From contig MHFR01000042.1 in assembly GCA_001804285.1 (NCBI GenBank), positions 14,725 to 78,724 on the forward strand: a DNA stretch of 64,000 nucleotides, written 5' to 3'. The notes under the pieces are model-generated. The model was not told the origin of the DNA, did not search any database, and worked only from the letters and a program-made list of their open reading frames with translations. The first letter of the stretch is position 1. Every line of letters starts with the position of its first letter. Below are positions 24,515-34,272 of this stretch, in pieces. Source of the stretch: Candidatus Danuiimicrobium aquiferis. GTDB taxonomy: Bacteria > Omnitrophota > Omnitrophia > Omnitrophales > Danuiimicrobiaceae. A program made the translations under genes and the position numbers.

Positions 24515-24643
24515 AAAGGCTAATGACCAAATCTGCCCGCTAAACAACATGAGGCCTGTCTGTATGGCACCGGAAACGTTTTGCTTCAAGCAATCATAGA
24601 GACAGACGTTTCCTTTTACCTTCAACTTATCGGGTGCGCTTGA

Positions 24644-25081
24644 ATGGATAGATTAAAAAGATTATTTTTATTAGGATTGCTTTTTTTTATTCTGACTGGC
24701 GCCGATTATACTGATTATGAAGAATTCAAAGTGAAGTGGATCCACAGTGTGGCACAGGAAGTGACGCTGAAAGGGGAGTCCGGCATTTATCCCGTCAAAC
24801 CGTGGACTAAGGAATGGGACACAAATGGGGACTTGAAAATTGATTCCCGCGAAATAGTTCCGATGCTGAAATTTGTCGAAGATTGGCGAGTCCACCGGTT
24901 GTGGCAGGTGGTCCACAAGATTGATGCCGAAGGGGCTGATAAAGTCCATATTACTCGGAAACGTTTTCTAAGTAAGTGGGACACAAACGGCGATTGGTAC
25001 ATTGACTCCACGGAAGTTGCTCCCGTAAGGGAAGAGTTAAACAGGGTGAACGATCAGCGTCTTCAGGACGGACACTATTAG
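24644..25081 (+). CDS. Secreted EF-hand-like calcium-binding protein
   Basis: It has a signal peptide and two DxNxDxxIDSxE loops: 'DTNGDLKIDSREI' and 'DTNGDWYIDSTEV'. Confidence 0.5.
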   Translation: MDRLKRLFLLGLLFFILTGADYTDYEEFKVKWIHSVAQEVTLKGESGIYPVKPWTKEWDTNGDLKIDSREIVPMLKFVEDWRVHRLWQVVHKIDAEGADKVHITRKRFLSKWDTNGDWYIDSTEVAPVREELNRVNDQRLQDGHY

Positions 25082-25220
25082 CATAATACTCGTAATAATT
25101 AAATATAAGTCATAAAAAATTCCGGAATATTTTCTCGCGATAACGCACCGGCGGGCAGACAAACGTTTATTCCGTGGCCATGTAAAAAGAAATCATACAA
25201 GTAAAATTGTGGCCTTTCGT

Positions 25221-25322
25221 GTCATTCCCGCGAAAGCGGAAATCCATAGTTCGATGGATCTCCGCTTAAAGCACGGCGGAGCAGTGCTGCTTCGCTGCAT
25301 GAGGGGATGACATAAAGTACGG
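25221..25322 (+). repeat. MITE family A variant with expanded second hairpin
   Basis: 'gtcattcccgcgaaagcggaaatcc...ggatctccgc...gaggggatgac'. Confidence 0.7.
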
Positions 25323-25436
25323 CGCCAAAGGACACAATTTTAATTGCATGCTCTAAAAAGACATCCCCAACCAATTCACTTTCCATATCTCTTAATCATT
25401 GCTATAATTATTCCTTTCGGAGGAAAGCGAGAAAGT

Positions 25437-26831
25437 ATGCCTGTTGCCAGCCAAAAGAGACAATCCGCCAAGCGGGAAAAGTTTGACCAGAAGCTTCTTA
25501 CCAATTGGGATAAACAGTTTATCTGGCATCCGTTTACGCAGATGAGCGATTGGGAAAAAGAGGATATTCTCGTTATCGAGTCGGGAAAAGGATCTTATCT
25601 GAAAGATGTGAACGGGAAACGTTATTTAGACGGCGTTTCTTCGCTTTGGTGCAATGTTCATGGTCACCGCATAAAAGATTTGGATCAAGCGGTGAAAAGC
25701 CAGCTTACCCGGGTTGCTCATTCCACTTTTTTGGGGCTATCGAACGTCCCCGCCATTTTGCTCTCAAAGAAATTGATCGAAATTATGCCGGAAGAACTCA
25801 CACGCGTTTTTTATTCAGATTCTGGTTCGGAAGCCGTTGAAATTTCGCTCAAAATCGCATATCAATATTGGCAGCACAAAGGGGAGAAAACGCGGAAAAA
25901 ATTTTTAAGATTGACAAACGCTTATCACGGAGACACGATCGGATCGGTCAGTGTCGGCGGAATGGATTTATTCCACGAAATTTATAAACCCCTTCTTTTT
26001 GATTCTGTCGAGGTGAAAGCACCGTACCGTTATCGCGACGCATTCATCGGGGGTGAGGAAGAATATACAAATGATTGCATTGAGCGGCTTGAAAATGTCC
26101 TTAATCAACACAAGAATGAAATCTGCGCATTCATCATGGAACCTCTTGTGCAGGGCGCGGCAGGCATGATTCTTCAACCGCCGGGGTATCTTGCGGCCGT
26201 CCGTCAAATAACGAAGAAATACGATATTCTTCTCATCCTTGACGAAGTAGCAACGGGGTTTGGCCGGACGGGAAAAATGTTTGCGTGCGAACATGAATCG
26301 GTTTCGCCGGATATCATGTGCGTTGCCAAAGGGTTGACCGGCGGATACCTTCCGCTGGCCGCGACATTTGCAACGGAAGAAATTTACCGGGCATTTCTTG
26401 GAAAATATGAAGATGCAAAAACGTTTTTTCACGGACATACTTATACGGCCAATCCGCTTGCGTGCGCGGTTGCGCTTGCGAATATCGAATATTTTGAAAA
26501 AGAAAATGTTCTTCAAAATTTACAACCCAAGATCAAAATCTTATGCGAAGGCCTGGAAAATTTCAGGGAGCTGAAACATGTCGGTGACATCAGGCAGTGC
26601 GGTTTCATGGTGGGCATTGAACTTGTCAAAGGCAAAAAAGATAAAACCCCATACGAAATGAAAGAAAAAATAGGAATCCGCGTCATTCAGAAAGCGCGTT
26701 CTCTCGGTGTGATTTTGCGGCCGCTCGGGAATGTCATTATTTTAATGCCACCGCTTGGGATCACCGTTGTGGAGCTCAGGAAATTATTGCGCGTGACGTA
26801 TCAATCGATCCGGTTTGTGACTGAAGGATAA
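25437..26831 (+). CDS. bioA: Adenosylmethionine-8-amino-7-oxononanoate aminotransferase
   Basis: It is a class-III aminotransferase with 'ILDEVATGFGRTGKMFA'. ATG 25437 follows an RBS 'ggagg'. Confidence 0.85.
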   Translation: MPVASQKRQSAKREKFDQKLLTNWDKQFIWHPFTQMSDWEKEDILVIESGKGSYLKDVNGKRYLDGVSSLWCNVHGHRIKDLDQAVKSQLTRVAHSTFLGLSNVPAILLSKKLIEIMPEELTRVFYSDSGSEAVEISLKIAYQYWQHKGEKTRKKFLRLTNAYHGDTIGSVSVGGMDLFHEIYKPLLFDSVEVKAPYRYRDAFIGGEEEYTNDCIERLENVLNQHKNEICAFIMEPLVQGAAGMILQPPGYLAAVRQITKKYDILLILDEVATGFGRTGKMFACEHESVSPDIMCVAKGLTGGYLPLAATFATEEIYRAFLGKYEDAKTFFHGHTYTANPLACAVALANIEYFEKENVLQNLQPKIKILCEGLENFRELKHVGDIRQCGFMVGIELVKGKKDKTPYEMKEKIGIRVIQKARSLGVILRPLGNVIILMPPLGITVVELRKLLRVTYQSIRFVTEG

Positions 26832-26834
26832 AAG

Positions 26835-27624
<790 letters not shown>

Positions 27625-27642
27625 GGAACGGTTTCCATTCTC

Positions 27643-29553
27643 ATGCCTAAAAAAATCTTAGTCGCAATGTCCGGCGGTGTCGATAGTTCTGTCGCAGCCG
27701 TTCTGCTGAAAGAAAAAGGCTTTGAAGTTGGCGGTGCAACCATCCGGATTTGGCCGGAAGGGCATTGTGAAGAAAAAAATGAAAATTCGTGCTGTGGCCT
27801 CCGCGGCGTGCGTGACGCACAGAGCGTGGCGTTAAAACTCGATATTCCCCATCACGTTTTCAATTTTTCCGCACCCTTTCAAACGGGTGTGATTGATTAT
27901 TTTGCAAATGAGTACAAGTCCGGGAAAACACCGAATCCGTGCATCGCTTGCAATCAATACATCAAATTTACGCTTCTTCTTGAGCGGGCCCGGCTTCTTG
28001 GGTACGATTCGATCGCAACCGGCCATTATGCGCGTGTTTGCTTTGATCAGAGAAGTGGACGTTATTATATTTCAGAAAGCAAAGATTTCTCAAAAGACCA
28101 ATCGTATGTGCTGTTTGGACTTCCTCAGGATGTGCTCGCGAACCTTTCGCTCCCGCTCGGGGATTATACAAAAAAAGAAGTAAGGGAAATTGCAAAAAAA
28201 ACAAAATTGAAAGTGGCTGACAAACCTGATTCACAGGACATTTGTTTTATTCCGGATCATGATTACGGAAAATTTCTGGAGCGGGAACGGGGAATGAAAC
28301 CGATAACGGGTCCGATTGTGGATTTGAAGGGGAAAAAACTGGGAGAACACGAAGGATACTATCATTATACGATCGGGCAGCGAAAAGGACTTCGAGTCCC
28401 GTTTCAGTTTGCGCTTTATGTTGTGGCGATTGATCCTGAAACGAATACGGTTGTGGTGGGCCCGAAGGCTGCGGTGAAAAAGAAAGAGTGTTTGGTTGGA
28501 AACGTGCAATGGTTTTTACCTCCGGATAGCAAAATCCAAAAACCGATTGAAGCAAAAATCCGAGCGCGGCACAATAAAGCACCCGCGAAAATTGAGATCG
28601 TTTCCAATGACGAAGTGAAAGTTGTCTTTGATGAGCCGCAGGACGCGATTACGCCGGGGCAGGCGTGTGTATTTTATGATGGGACGCAAGTACTGGGCGG
28701 CGGCTGGATTGAAAAATTTCCATGGCCACATCCTTTTGCGGCCGGTTCTGCCGGTTACCAAAAATTGAAGCAAATTATTTCCGGATATCAAAGTGTGGTC
28801 GTCGCATTTTCCGGAGGGGTTGATTCGGCCCTTCTGCTTAGAGTTGCTTATGATGTATTAGGCCGGGATTCGGTTTTAGCCGTGACTGCGGCCAGTGAAT
28901 CGATCGCTTCGCGTGAACTCGAGGAAGCCAAGCGGATTGGGAAGGAAATCGGCGTCAACCACCGGATTGTTTCAACGATGGAAATCAAAAATCCAAATTA
29001 TATATCAAACTCCAACCGGCGCTGTTATCACTGCAAAGGGGAATTATATAAACAGTTGAAGGATTTATTGAAAGAAACCGGATTCAGAGAAATCATTTGC
29101 GGGACAAATATGGACGACCTTTCTGATTTTCGTCCCGGGCACGATGCCGCAAGCGAATATGGCGTCAAAAATCCGCTTGTTGAGGCGGGGCTTCATAAAC
29201 ATGATGTCCGGGCCCTAAGCCGAGAGCTGGGCTTGCCGGTTTGGGATAAACCGGCCTCGCCATGCCTTGCCAGCCGCATTCCTTATGGAAGCGAGATTAA
29301 ACCGGAAAAATTACGTCAAATCGAGAATGGGGAGAACTTTCTGAAAGATCTTAGTTTTCGGGAGGTCCGGCTAAGGCATTTTGGCCAAAATGCAAAAATT
29401 GAGCTTGGCGAAGAAGAGTTAAATCGATTGAAAGATCACGAATTGCGTGAGAAAATCATTCAGTTTATTCGCTCTCTTGGCTTTGAAACCGTGGTTTTTG
29501 AACCGTTTCGAAGCGGCAATTTGAATGACAAGCGAACGGAAAATAACCAATGA
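27643..29553 (+). CDS. mnmA: tRNA 2-thiouridylase MnmA fused to a C-terminal LarE/TIGR00268-type PP-loop domain
   Basis: The N-terminal ~360 aa carry 'VAMSGGVDSSV' and MnmA Cys motifs. The C-terminal ~270 aa carry a second PP-loop 'AFSGGVDSAL', 'CYHCK' and 'PCLASRIPYG'. Confidence 0.75.
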   Translation: MPKKILVAMSGGVDSSVAAVLLKEKGFEVGGATIRIWPEGHCEEKNENSCCGLRGVRDAQSVALKLDIPHHVFNFSAPFQTGVIDYFANEYKSGKTPNPCIACNQYIKFTLLLERARLLGYDSIATGHYARVCFDQRSGRYYISESKDFSKDQSYVLFGLPQDVLANLSLPLGDYTKKEVREIAKKTKLKVADKPDSQDICFIPDHDYGKFLERERGMKPITGPIVDLKGKKLGEHEGYYHYTIGQRKGLRVPFQFALYVVAIDPETNTVVVGPKAAVKKKECLVGNVQWFLPPDSKIQKPIEAKIRARHNKAPAKIEIVSNDEVKVVFDEPQDAITPGQACVFYDGTQVLGGGWIEKFPWPHPFAAGSAGYQKLKQIISGYQSVVVAFSGGVDSALLLRVAYDVLGRDSVLAVTAASESIASRELEEAKRIGKEIGVNHRIVSTMEIKNPNYISNSNRRCYHCKGELYKQLKDLLKETGFREIICGTNMDDLSDFRPGHDAASEYGVKNPLVEAGLHKHDVRALSRELGLPVWDKPASPCLASRIPYGSEIKPEKLRQIENGENFLKDLSFREVRLRHFGQNAKIELGEEELNRLKDHELREKIIQFIRSLGFETVVFEPFRSGNLNDKRTENNQ

Positions 29554-29695
29554 TCATTTCTTGGGCATAGTCCGCCACTAAAGCGTTTGCGCCAAAAGGC
29601 TCGGCGCATCCGCCGCGTCGTGTGGTGGAGGCGGATCCGACCACTTTTTTTGGCGGAGGATTTGGGCATTGGAATTTTTAAGCAAGAGGTTCAGG

Positions 29696-31033
29696 ATGAA
29701 GTATTTAAAGCGAGGGGTTCATTTACCCGAGAAAAAAGAGCGAAGCCTTTTGACGACCAATATTGTCCGCTCCTCAACGCCGCGCTTCATCGCTATTTCG
29801 CTTTTAGAAAAAGGGAACATTTCTGCGGTTTCATGTGTTTTCGAAGGGGATCGTGTGCTGGTCGGAACAAAAATTGCCGATGGCGTTGATTTTAAAGCGG
29901 TTCCCATTCATTCCAGTGTCAGCGGATTCATTTCTAAAGTAATGCCGGAACAAATTCAAATTGAGTCAGATGAACGGGACTCTTTGGACCCTGTCATTCA
30001 GCCGCAATTGTTTGTTTCTGAAAATCCGGACGAACTGATTGAAATTGTAAGACAAGCCGGGTTGGTTGATATGGGAAGCTGCTCGATTCCGCTTCATATG
30101 AAATTAGAAGAAGCGAAGATGGCCCATATTCATACGCTTGTCATTAACGGATGCGAGTCGGAGCCCTATTTAACGGCGGATCATGTTTTAATGCTGAATC
30201 ATGGGCTCGAAATTTTAAAAGGGACGGAATCACTTCGCATCGCATGCGGCGCCAGACAGGCGGTGATCGCGATTGAAAGAAATAAATTGGAAGCGGTCGA
30301 AATTCTCAAAACTAAAAATTATAGCCTTCGCTTGAATCAAATTGAAATCTGTTCGTTTCCTGTCAAATATCCGCAAGGGACAGAACGGGCGCTTTGCGAA
30401 ACCCTTCTTGAGCGGCCGTTTCGGAAAGGCGAATCTGCGTTGAAAGCGGGAATTCTTGTATTGAATGTCGCTACTGCTTTTGCGGCTTATGAAGCGATAT
30501 ATGTCGGGAAGCCTTTGATTGAAAGGGTGGTGACCGTGACCGGCGAATGCATTGCCGAAGCAAAAAATATATGGGCAAGAATCGGGACGCCGCTTTCCTA
30601 TCTCATCCATCAATGCAGAGGGCTTCTTCGCGATTCGGTCCGTCTTGTGTTGGGCGGTCCCATGACGGGGGAGGCGATCAACTCTCTGGATTTTCCTGTG
30701 ACAAAAAATACGACGGGGATTGTCGCGCTTCCGGTCGAATCAAACGATGTCGAAAAAGAAGCCCCTTGCATTCGTTGCGGTTTATGTGTGGATCGATGTG
30801 TCGCATCGCTTCAACCCGAAATTTTGGTCAAAGCCATCAGAAAAGAAAATTTTAATTTAGCGAAAGAATATAAACTGGAGGAATGCATTGAATGCGGAGT
30901 GTGTGCGTATATTTGTCCTTCTAAAATTCCTCTTTTGGAAATGATTCAAAACGGGAAACGGGCATTTTTAAAGAAAACCGAACCCGCACCAATACCTGAA
31001 TACCATGATGTCGAGCTCGCCACTCATTCCTAA
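29696..31033 (+). CDS. rnfC: RnfC/NqrA-like electron-transport subunit
   Basis: The N-terminus 'RGVHLPE' is RnfC-like. Two C-terminal 4Fe-4S motifs are 'CIRCGLCVDRC' and 'CIECGVCAYICP'. The start is ATG 29696 with RBS 'gagg'. Confidence 0.65.
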   Translation: MKYLKRGVHLPEKKERSLLTTNIVRSSTPRFIAISLLEKGNISAVSCVFEGDRVLVGTKIADGVDFKAVPIHSSVSGFISKVMPEQIQIESDERDSLDPVIQPQLFVSENPDELIEIVRQAGLVDMGSCSIPLHMKLEEAKMAHIHTLVINGCESEPYLTADHVLMLNHGLEILKGTESLRIACGARQAVIAIERNKLEAVEILKTKNYSLRLNQIEICSFPVKYPQGTERALCETLLERPFRKGESALKAGILVLNVATAFAAYEAIYVGKPLIERVVTVTGECIAEAKNIWARIGTPLSYLIHQCRGLLRDSVRLVLGGPMTGEAINSLDFPVTKNTTGIVALPVESNDVEKEAPCIRCGLCVDRCVASLQPEILVKAIRKENFNLAKEYKLEECIECGVCAYICPSKIPLLEMIQNGKRAFLKKTEPAPIPEYHDVELATHS

Positions 31034-31940
31034 GCTTGAAAAGATTTTTTCAATCGGGCCCAATCCGCATATTTTGTCACAAAATTCCGTCAATAAACGA
31101 ATCGGTTGGAACCTGGCCGCATTGCTTCCGGTGTGGCTTTCCGGTTTCCGTGTTTTTGCCTGGGATGCGGTCTCTATCCCGCTGATGGTGATTGTTTTCA
31201 GCGTTGGTTTCGAATGGTTATTTTCAAAATGGATTCATAAAAAATATATGTTCCAAAATGGATACACTGTTTTCCTTGCAATTCTTTTTGCGCTTTTACT
31301 TCCGCCCGAGATTCCGTGGTGGGCAATTCTCGTGGGCGTCTTTTTTATGACGATTATCGCAAAGGAGATGTTCGGCGGCTTGGGCGGAAATATTTTCAAT
31401 CCTGCGCTGATCGGATTAGCTATGATCATGCTTTTATTTCCTTCGTATTTTTTAAGTGAATCGGGATTTCAAAGAACCATTCAAATTTTTTCCGAAAGAT
31501 TTTTACAAGCGCCATTTCGAGAGCTCATGTTTAATGGCCGCGCGGAATTGCTTGGGGAAGCAAGTGCGATTGCGGTGATCATTGGCGGAATCATCATGAT
31601 TCTCTCTCGGACGATTAGATGGGAAACGCCTTTGATTTATTTGTTATCTGCCGGAGCAGGTTTTTTTCTTGCGGGAGAGGAATTTATGTTTCGGACATTC
31701 CAAACCGGCATTTTATTCAGCGCTTTTTTCCTTGTGACTGATTCCGTGACGACACCGATTACTTCTTCTGCCCGGGTGCCTTTTTTAATCCTTTGCGGGT
31801 TATTACTGGTTATTTTTATACAAAATGGTTTGAGCGAGGTCGAGAGTGTCGTTTACTCGATTCTGATTGGAAATGTGTTAACGCCGCTGCTGGATGCGGT
31901 GACTTATAAGAATGACGCTATTTCAGGCGTGGTCGGATAG
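31005..31940 (+). CDS. rnfD: RnfD/NqrB-like polytopic membrane subunit
   Basis: 'SIGPNPHILSQNSVNKRIGWNLAALLP' is RnfD-like. A 'DSVTTP' motif lies near the C-terminus. It overlaps the end of rnfC. Confidence 0.55.
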   Translation: MMSSSPLIPKLEKIFSIGPNPHILSQNSVNKRIGWNLAALLPVWLSGFRVFAWDAVSIPLMVIVFSVGFEWLFSKWIHKKYMFQNGYTVFLAILFALLLPPEIPWWAILVGVFFMTIIAKEMFGGLGGNIFNPALIGLAMIMLLFPSYFLSESGFQRTIQIFSERFLQAPFRELMFNGRAELLGEASAIAVIIGGIIMILSRTIRWETPLIYLLSAGAGFFLAGEEFMFRTFQTGILFSAFFLVTDSVTTPITSSARVPFLILCGLLLVIFIQNGLSEVESVVYSILIGNVLTPLLDAVTYKNDAISGVVG

Positions 31941-31966
31941 AAGCGGTTTCGTAAGTTCGCACAAGT

Positions 31967-32030
31967 GTCATTCCCGCATGCTCTTAGCGGGAATCCACAG
32001 ATAATGGATCCCCGCTTTCGCGGGGATGAC
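31967..32030 (+). repeat. MITE family A copy (intergenic, immediately after rnfD)
   Basis: 'gtcattcccgcatgctcttagcgggaatccacagataatggatccccgctttcgcggggatgac'. Confidence 0.8.
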
Positions 32031-32071
32031 AGATCTTATGAAACCGCTTCGAATAAGTTTTTGGAGAAAAT

Positions 32072-32584
32072 ATGGAATATGCTTTATTTCTTTTTACCGG
32101 TGTCGTAACGGCGAAAGTCCTTCTTTATCAAGCCCGATTAAAAAATATTCAAACCCAGTTTTTTTATCTTTTCTTCTATTACCTTTTGATATTTTCCGTG
32201 ACACGTTATCTTCATCAATGGAGCCTTCGTTATCACTTTGTGCTTTATGAGCCACTTCCCGTAATGCTTATCGTTTTTGTTTCTTCGTGGTTAGTCCCAA
32301 AACGATTTCGCATAGAAAAGACCGGAGCTCGCGTGCTGAATTTTTATATGGTTGGCGGGCTTTGTGCCGGGTTGAGTTGGCTCGTTTTTTTATCCGGGCA
32401 AATGGTATTTCTTGACGCCGCTTGGGCGTTTGCAATTCCGCTGTTATATATGATGCTGACGGCTATTTGGGAACGGCTTGCTATAACCGTTGTGCCCGGA
32501 AAATTTTCCGGGATTCCAATTTTTTTAATTTCTGTCGCGTTGCTTCTTTTGAGCTTGAACGGACTTTGTTCAATATTTAAATAA
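32072..32584 (+). CDS. Hypothetical polytopic membrane protein
   Basis: 170 aa with 4-5 hydrophobic helices. I recognise no family. Confidence 0.35.
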   Translation: MEYALFLFTGVVTAKVLLYQARLKNIQTQFFYLFFYYLLIFSVTRYLHQWSLRYHFVLYEPLPVMLIVFVSSWLVPKRFRIEKTGARVLNFYMVGGLCAGLSWLVFLSGQMVFLDAAWAFAIPLLYMMLTAIWERLAITVVPGKFSGIPIFLISVALLLLSLNGLCSIFK

Positions 32585-32697
32585 GTCCGAAAAATTTCGC
32601 AGAAAATAGCCTTGAAATTGGTAATTTACAAATGCGGTGTTATACTTATTCAAGGAAGACGTAGAAACAGAATATTAACCCGCAACCCGGATTGCAA

Positions 32698-33801
32698 ATG
32701 GATATTATTGAAATTTTGAAGGAAGCGCTGACGCGAGGCGCTTCGGATGTGCACCTCTCAGTTGGCCGCCCTCCGACCTTCCGAATCGATGGAAAAATGG
32801 TTTCGATCGGAGATCAAATTTTAAACGTCAAAAATACAGAAAATTTTATACAATCTATAACCTCCGAACATCACCGTTCGCAAATCGACCGAGTCGGCGG
32901 CGTGGATTTCGGATTTAATTTTGAACGGGGAGTCCGTTTTCGCGCATCCGCTTTTAAACAACGGGGATCTTACGGTCTTGTCCTGAGATTGTTGCCGAGT
33001 AAATTTTATACGTTTGAGCAAATCGGCCTTTCTCCGAAGATTGTTGAATTATGCAACCGTCCGCGCGGCCTTATTTTGGTGACAGGGCCGACGGGTTCGG
33101 GAAAAACGACCACGCTTGCGAGCATGCTGAATTTTATTAATGAAAACCGGGAATGTCATATTATTACGATTGAAGATCCGATCGAATATTATCACGATCA
33201 TAAAAAAGCGGTAACGACTCAGCGTGAAGTCGGGACGGATGTCCCGTCGTTCTCGGAAGCCGTGGTAAAAGCATTGCGGCAAGATCCGGACGTGATTTTG
33301 ATCGGGGAAATGCGCGATTTGGCAACGATGGAAGCGGCGATTACTGCGGCAGAAACCGGACATTTGGTTTTTGCAACCTTGCATACAACGGGCGCTGCGC
33401 GAACAGTCGATCGTATTATTGACGTTTTTCCGGCGCATCAACAGCCTCAAATCCGGGCGCAATTAGCATCAACGATGATAGCGGTGATTTCTCAAGTATT
33501 GTTGGCGACTGCCACTGAAGCCGGTCGTGTGGCAGCTTTTGAAATTATGATTTCGACACCGGCTATTTCCAATTTGATTCGCGAAGGCAAAACATATCAA
33601 ATCTTTTCCGAACTTCAAACCGGCGCAAAATACGGTTCATGCACGTTAGACAGCCAATTATTGGAGCTTTACCGGCGGGGAACTGTTTCTTACGATGAAG
33701 CGATTGCCAAATCTTACGATCCTGCTTTATTTGCTCAAGCGGCCGTTCAGTTTATGGACAAGAATGCCGCCAAAAAGATGGGTGTTTTTTCCAAAAGATA
33801 A
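32698..33801 (+). CDS. pilT: Type IV pilus retraction ATPase PilT
   Basis: The Walker A 'GPTGSGKTTT' and a PilT-type N-terminus are present. ATG 32698 is preferred over the track's TTG 32692. Confidence 0.85.
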   Translation: MDIIEILKEALTRGASDVHLSVGRPPTFRIDGKMVSIGDQILNVKNTENFIQSITSEHHRSQIDRVGGVDFGFNFERGVRFRASAFKQRGSYGLVLRLLPSKFYTFEQIGLSPKIVELCNRPRGLILVTGPTGSGKTTTLASMLNFINENRECHIITIEDPIEYYHDHKKAVTTQREVGTDVPSFSEAVVKALRQDPDVILIGEMRDLATMEAAITAAETGHLVFATLHTTGAARTVDRIIDVFPAHQQPQIRAQLASTMIAVISQVLLATATEAGRVAAFEIMISTPAISNLIREGKTYQIFSELQTGAKYGSCTLDSQLLELYRRGTVSYDEAIAKSYDPALFAQAAVQFMDKNAAKKMGVFSKR

Positions 33802-34272
33802 TTCTTGGCCGTGCAAGCGAAGACGAAATTTTAGAGTCTTGGAATCGTATCCTTTTGGCACATAAAAAGTTATTATCGGATAAAAAAGCACTTGATTTTT
33901 TAAGAAGCATTCAGTATCCTGTTTCCTGGAGTTGATGGTTAATCCTTTCGTAATGTGACCTCTCTCAAAATTTAATCCGTATGATTTCAGGAAAATTAGG
34001 TGGATTATAAAATCAAGTAGGTTTAGTTGGTGCTAACCCGACCTTCTCATCGATTTGGCAAATCGACGAAAAGGTTGCTTTTGGCGCAATAAGGTGCGCC
34101 CAAAGTTTTGCGCCCTGTTTTAACAAGGGCGCAAAAGATAAGCCCTGCGTCGCAAAGATGCAAACCATCTTTACACCGCAGCTCTTACGAGCGGAATTTC
34201 TCATCAGCGATAAGAAATCCGGGCTAACGTGCCTGCCGAAAAAAATCCGTTTAAGGTGATGGATTCAATTTT

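Noticed and set aside
25550-26516. The overlapping ORFs at 25550..25840 (+), 25968..26516 (-) and 26368..26574 (+) could be genes.
   Set aside because: They lie out of frame inside bioA, whose class-III aminotransferase motifs are unambiguous. They are spurious.
32026-32250. The 74-aa plus-strand ORF at 32026 overlapping the start of 32072..32584 could be a gene.
   Set aside because: It begins inside the MITE and is in a different frame from the downstream membrane protein. It is likely spurious.
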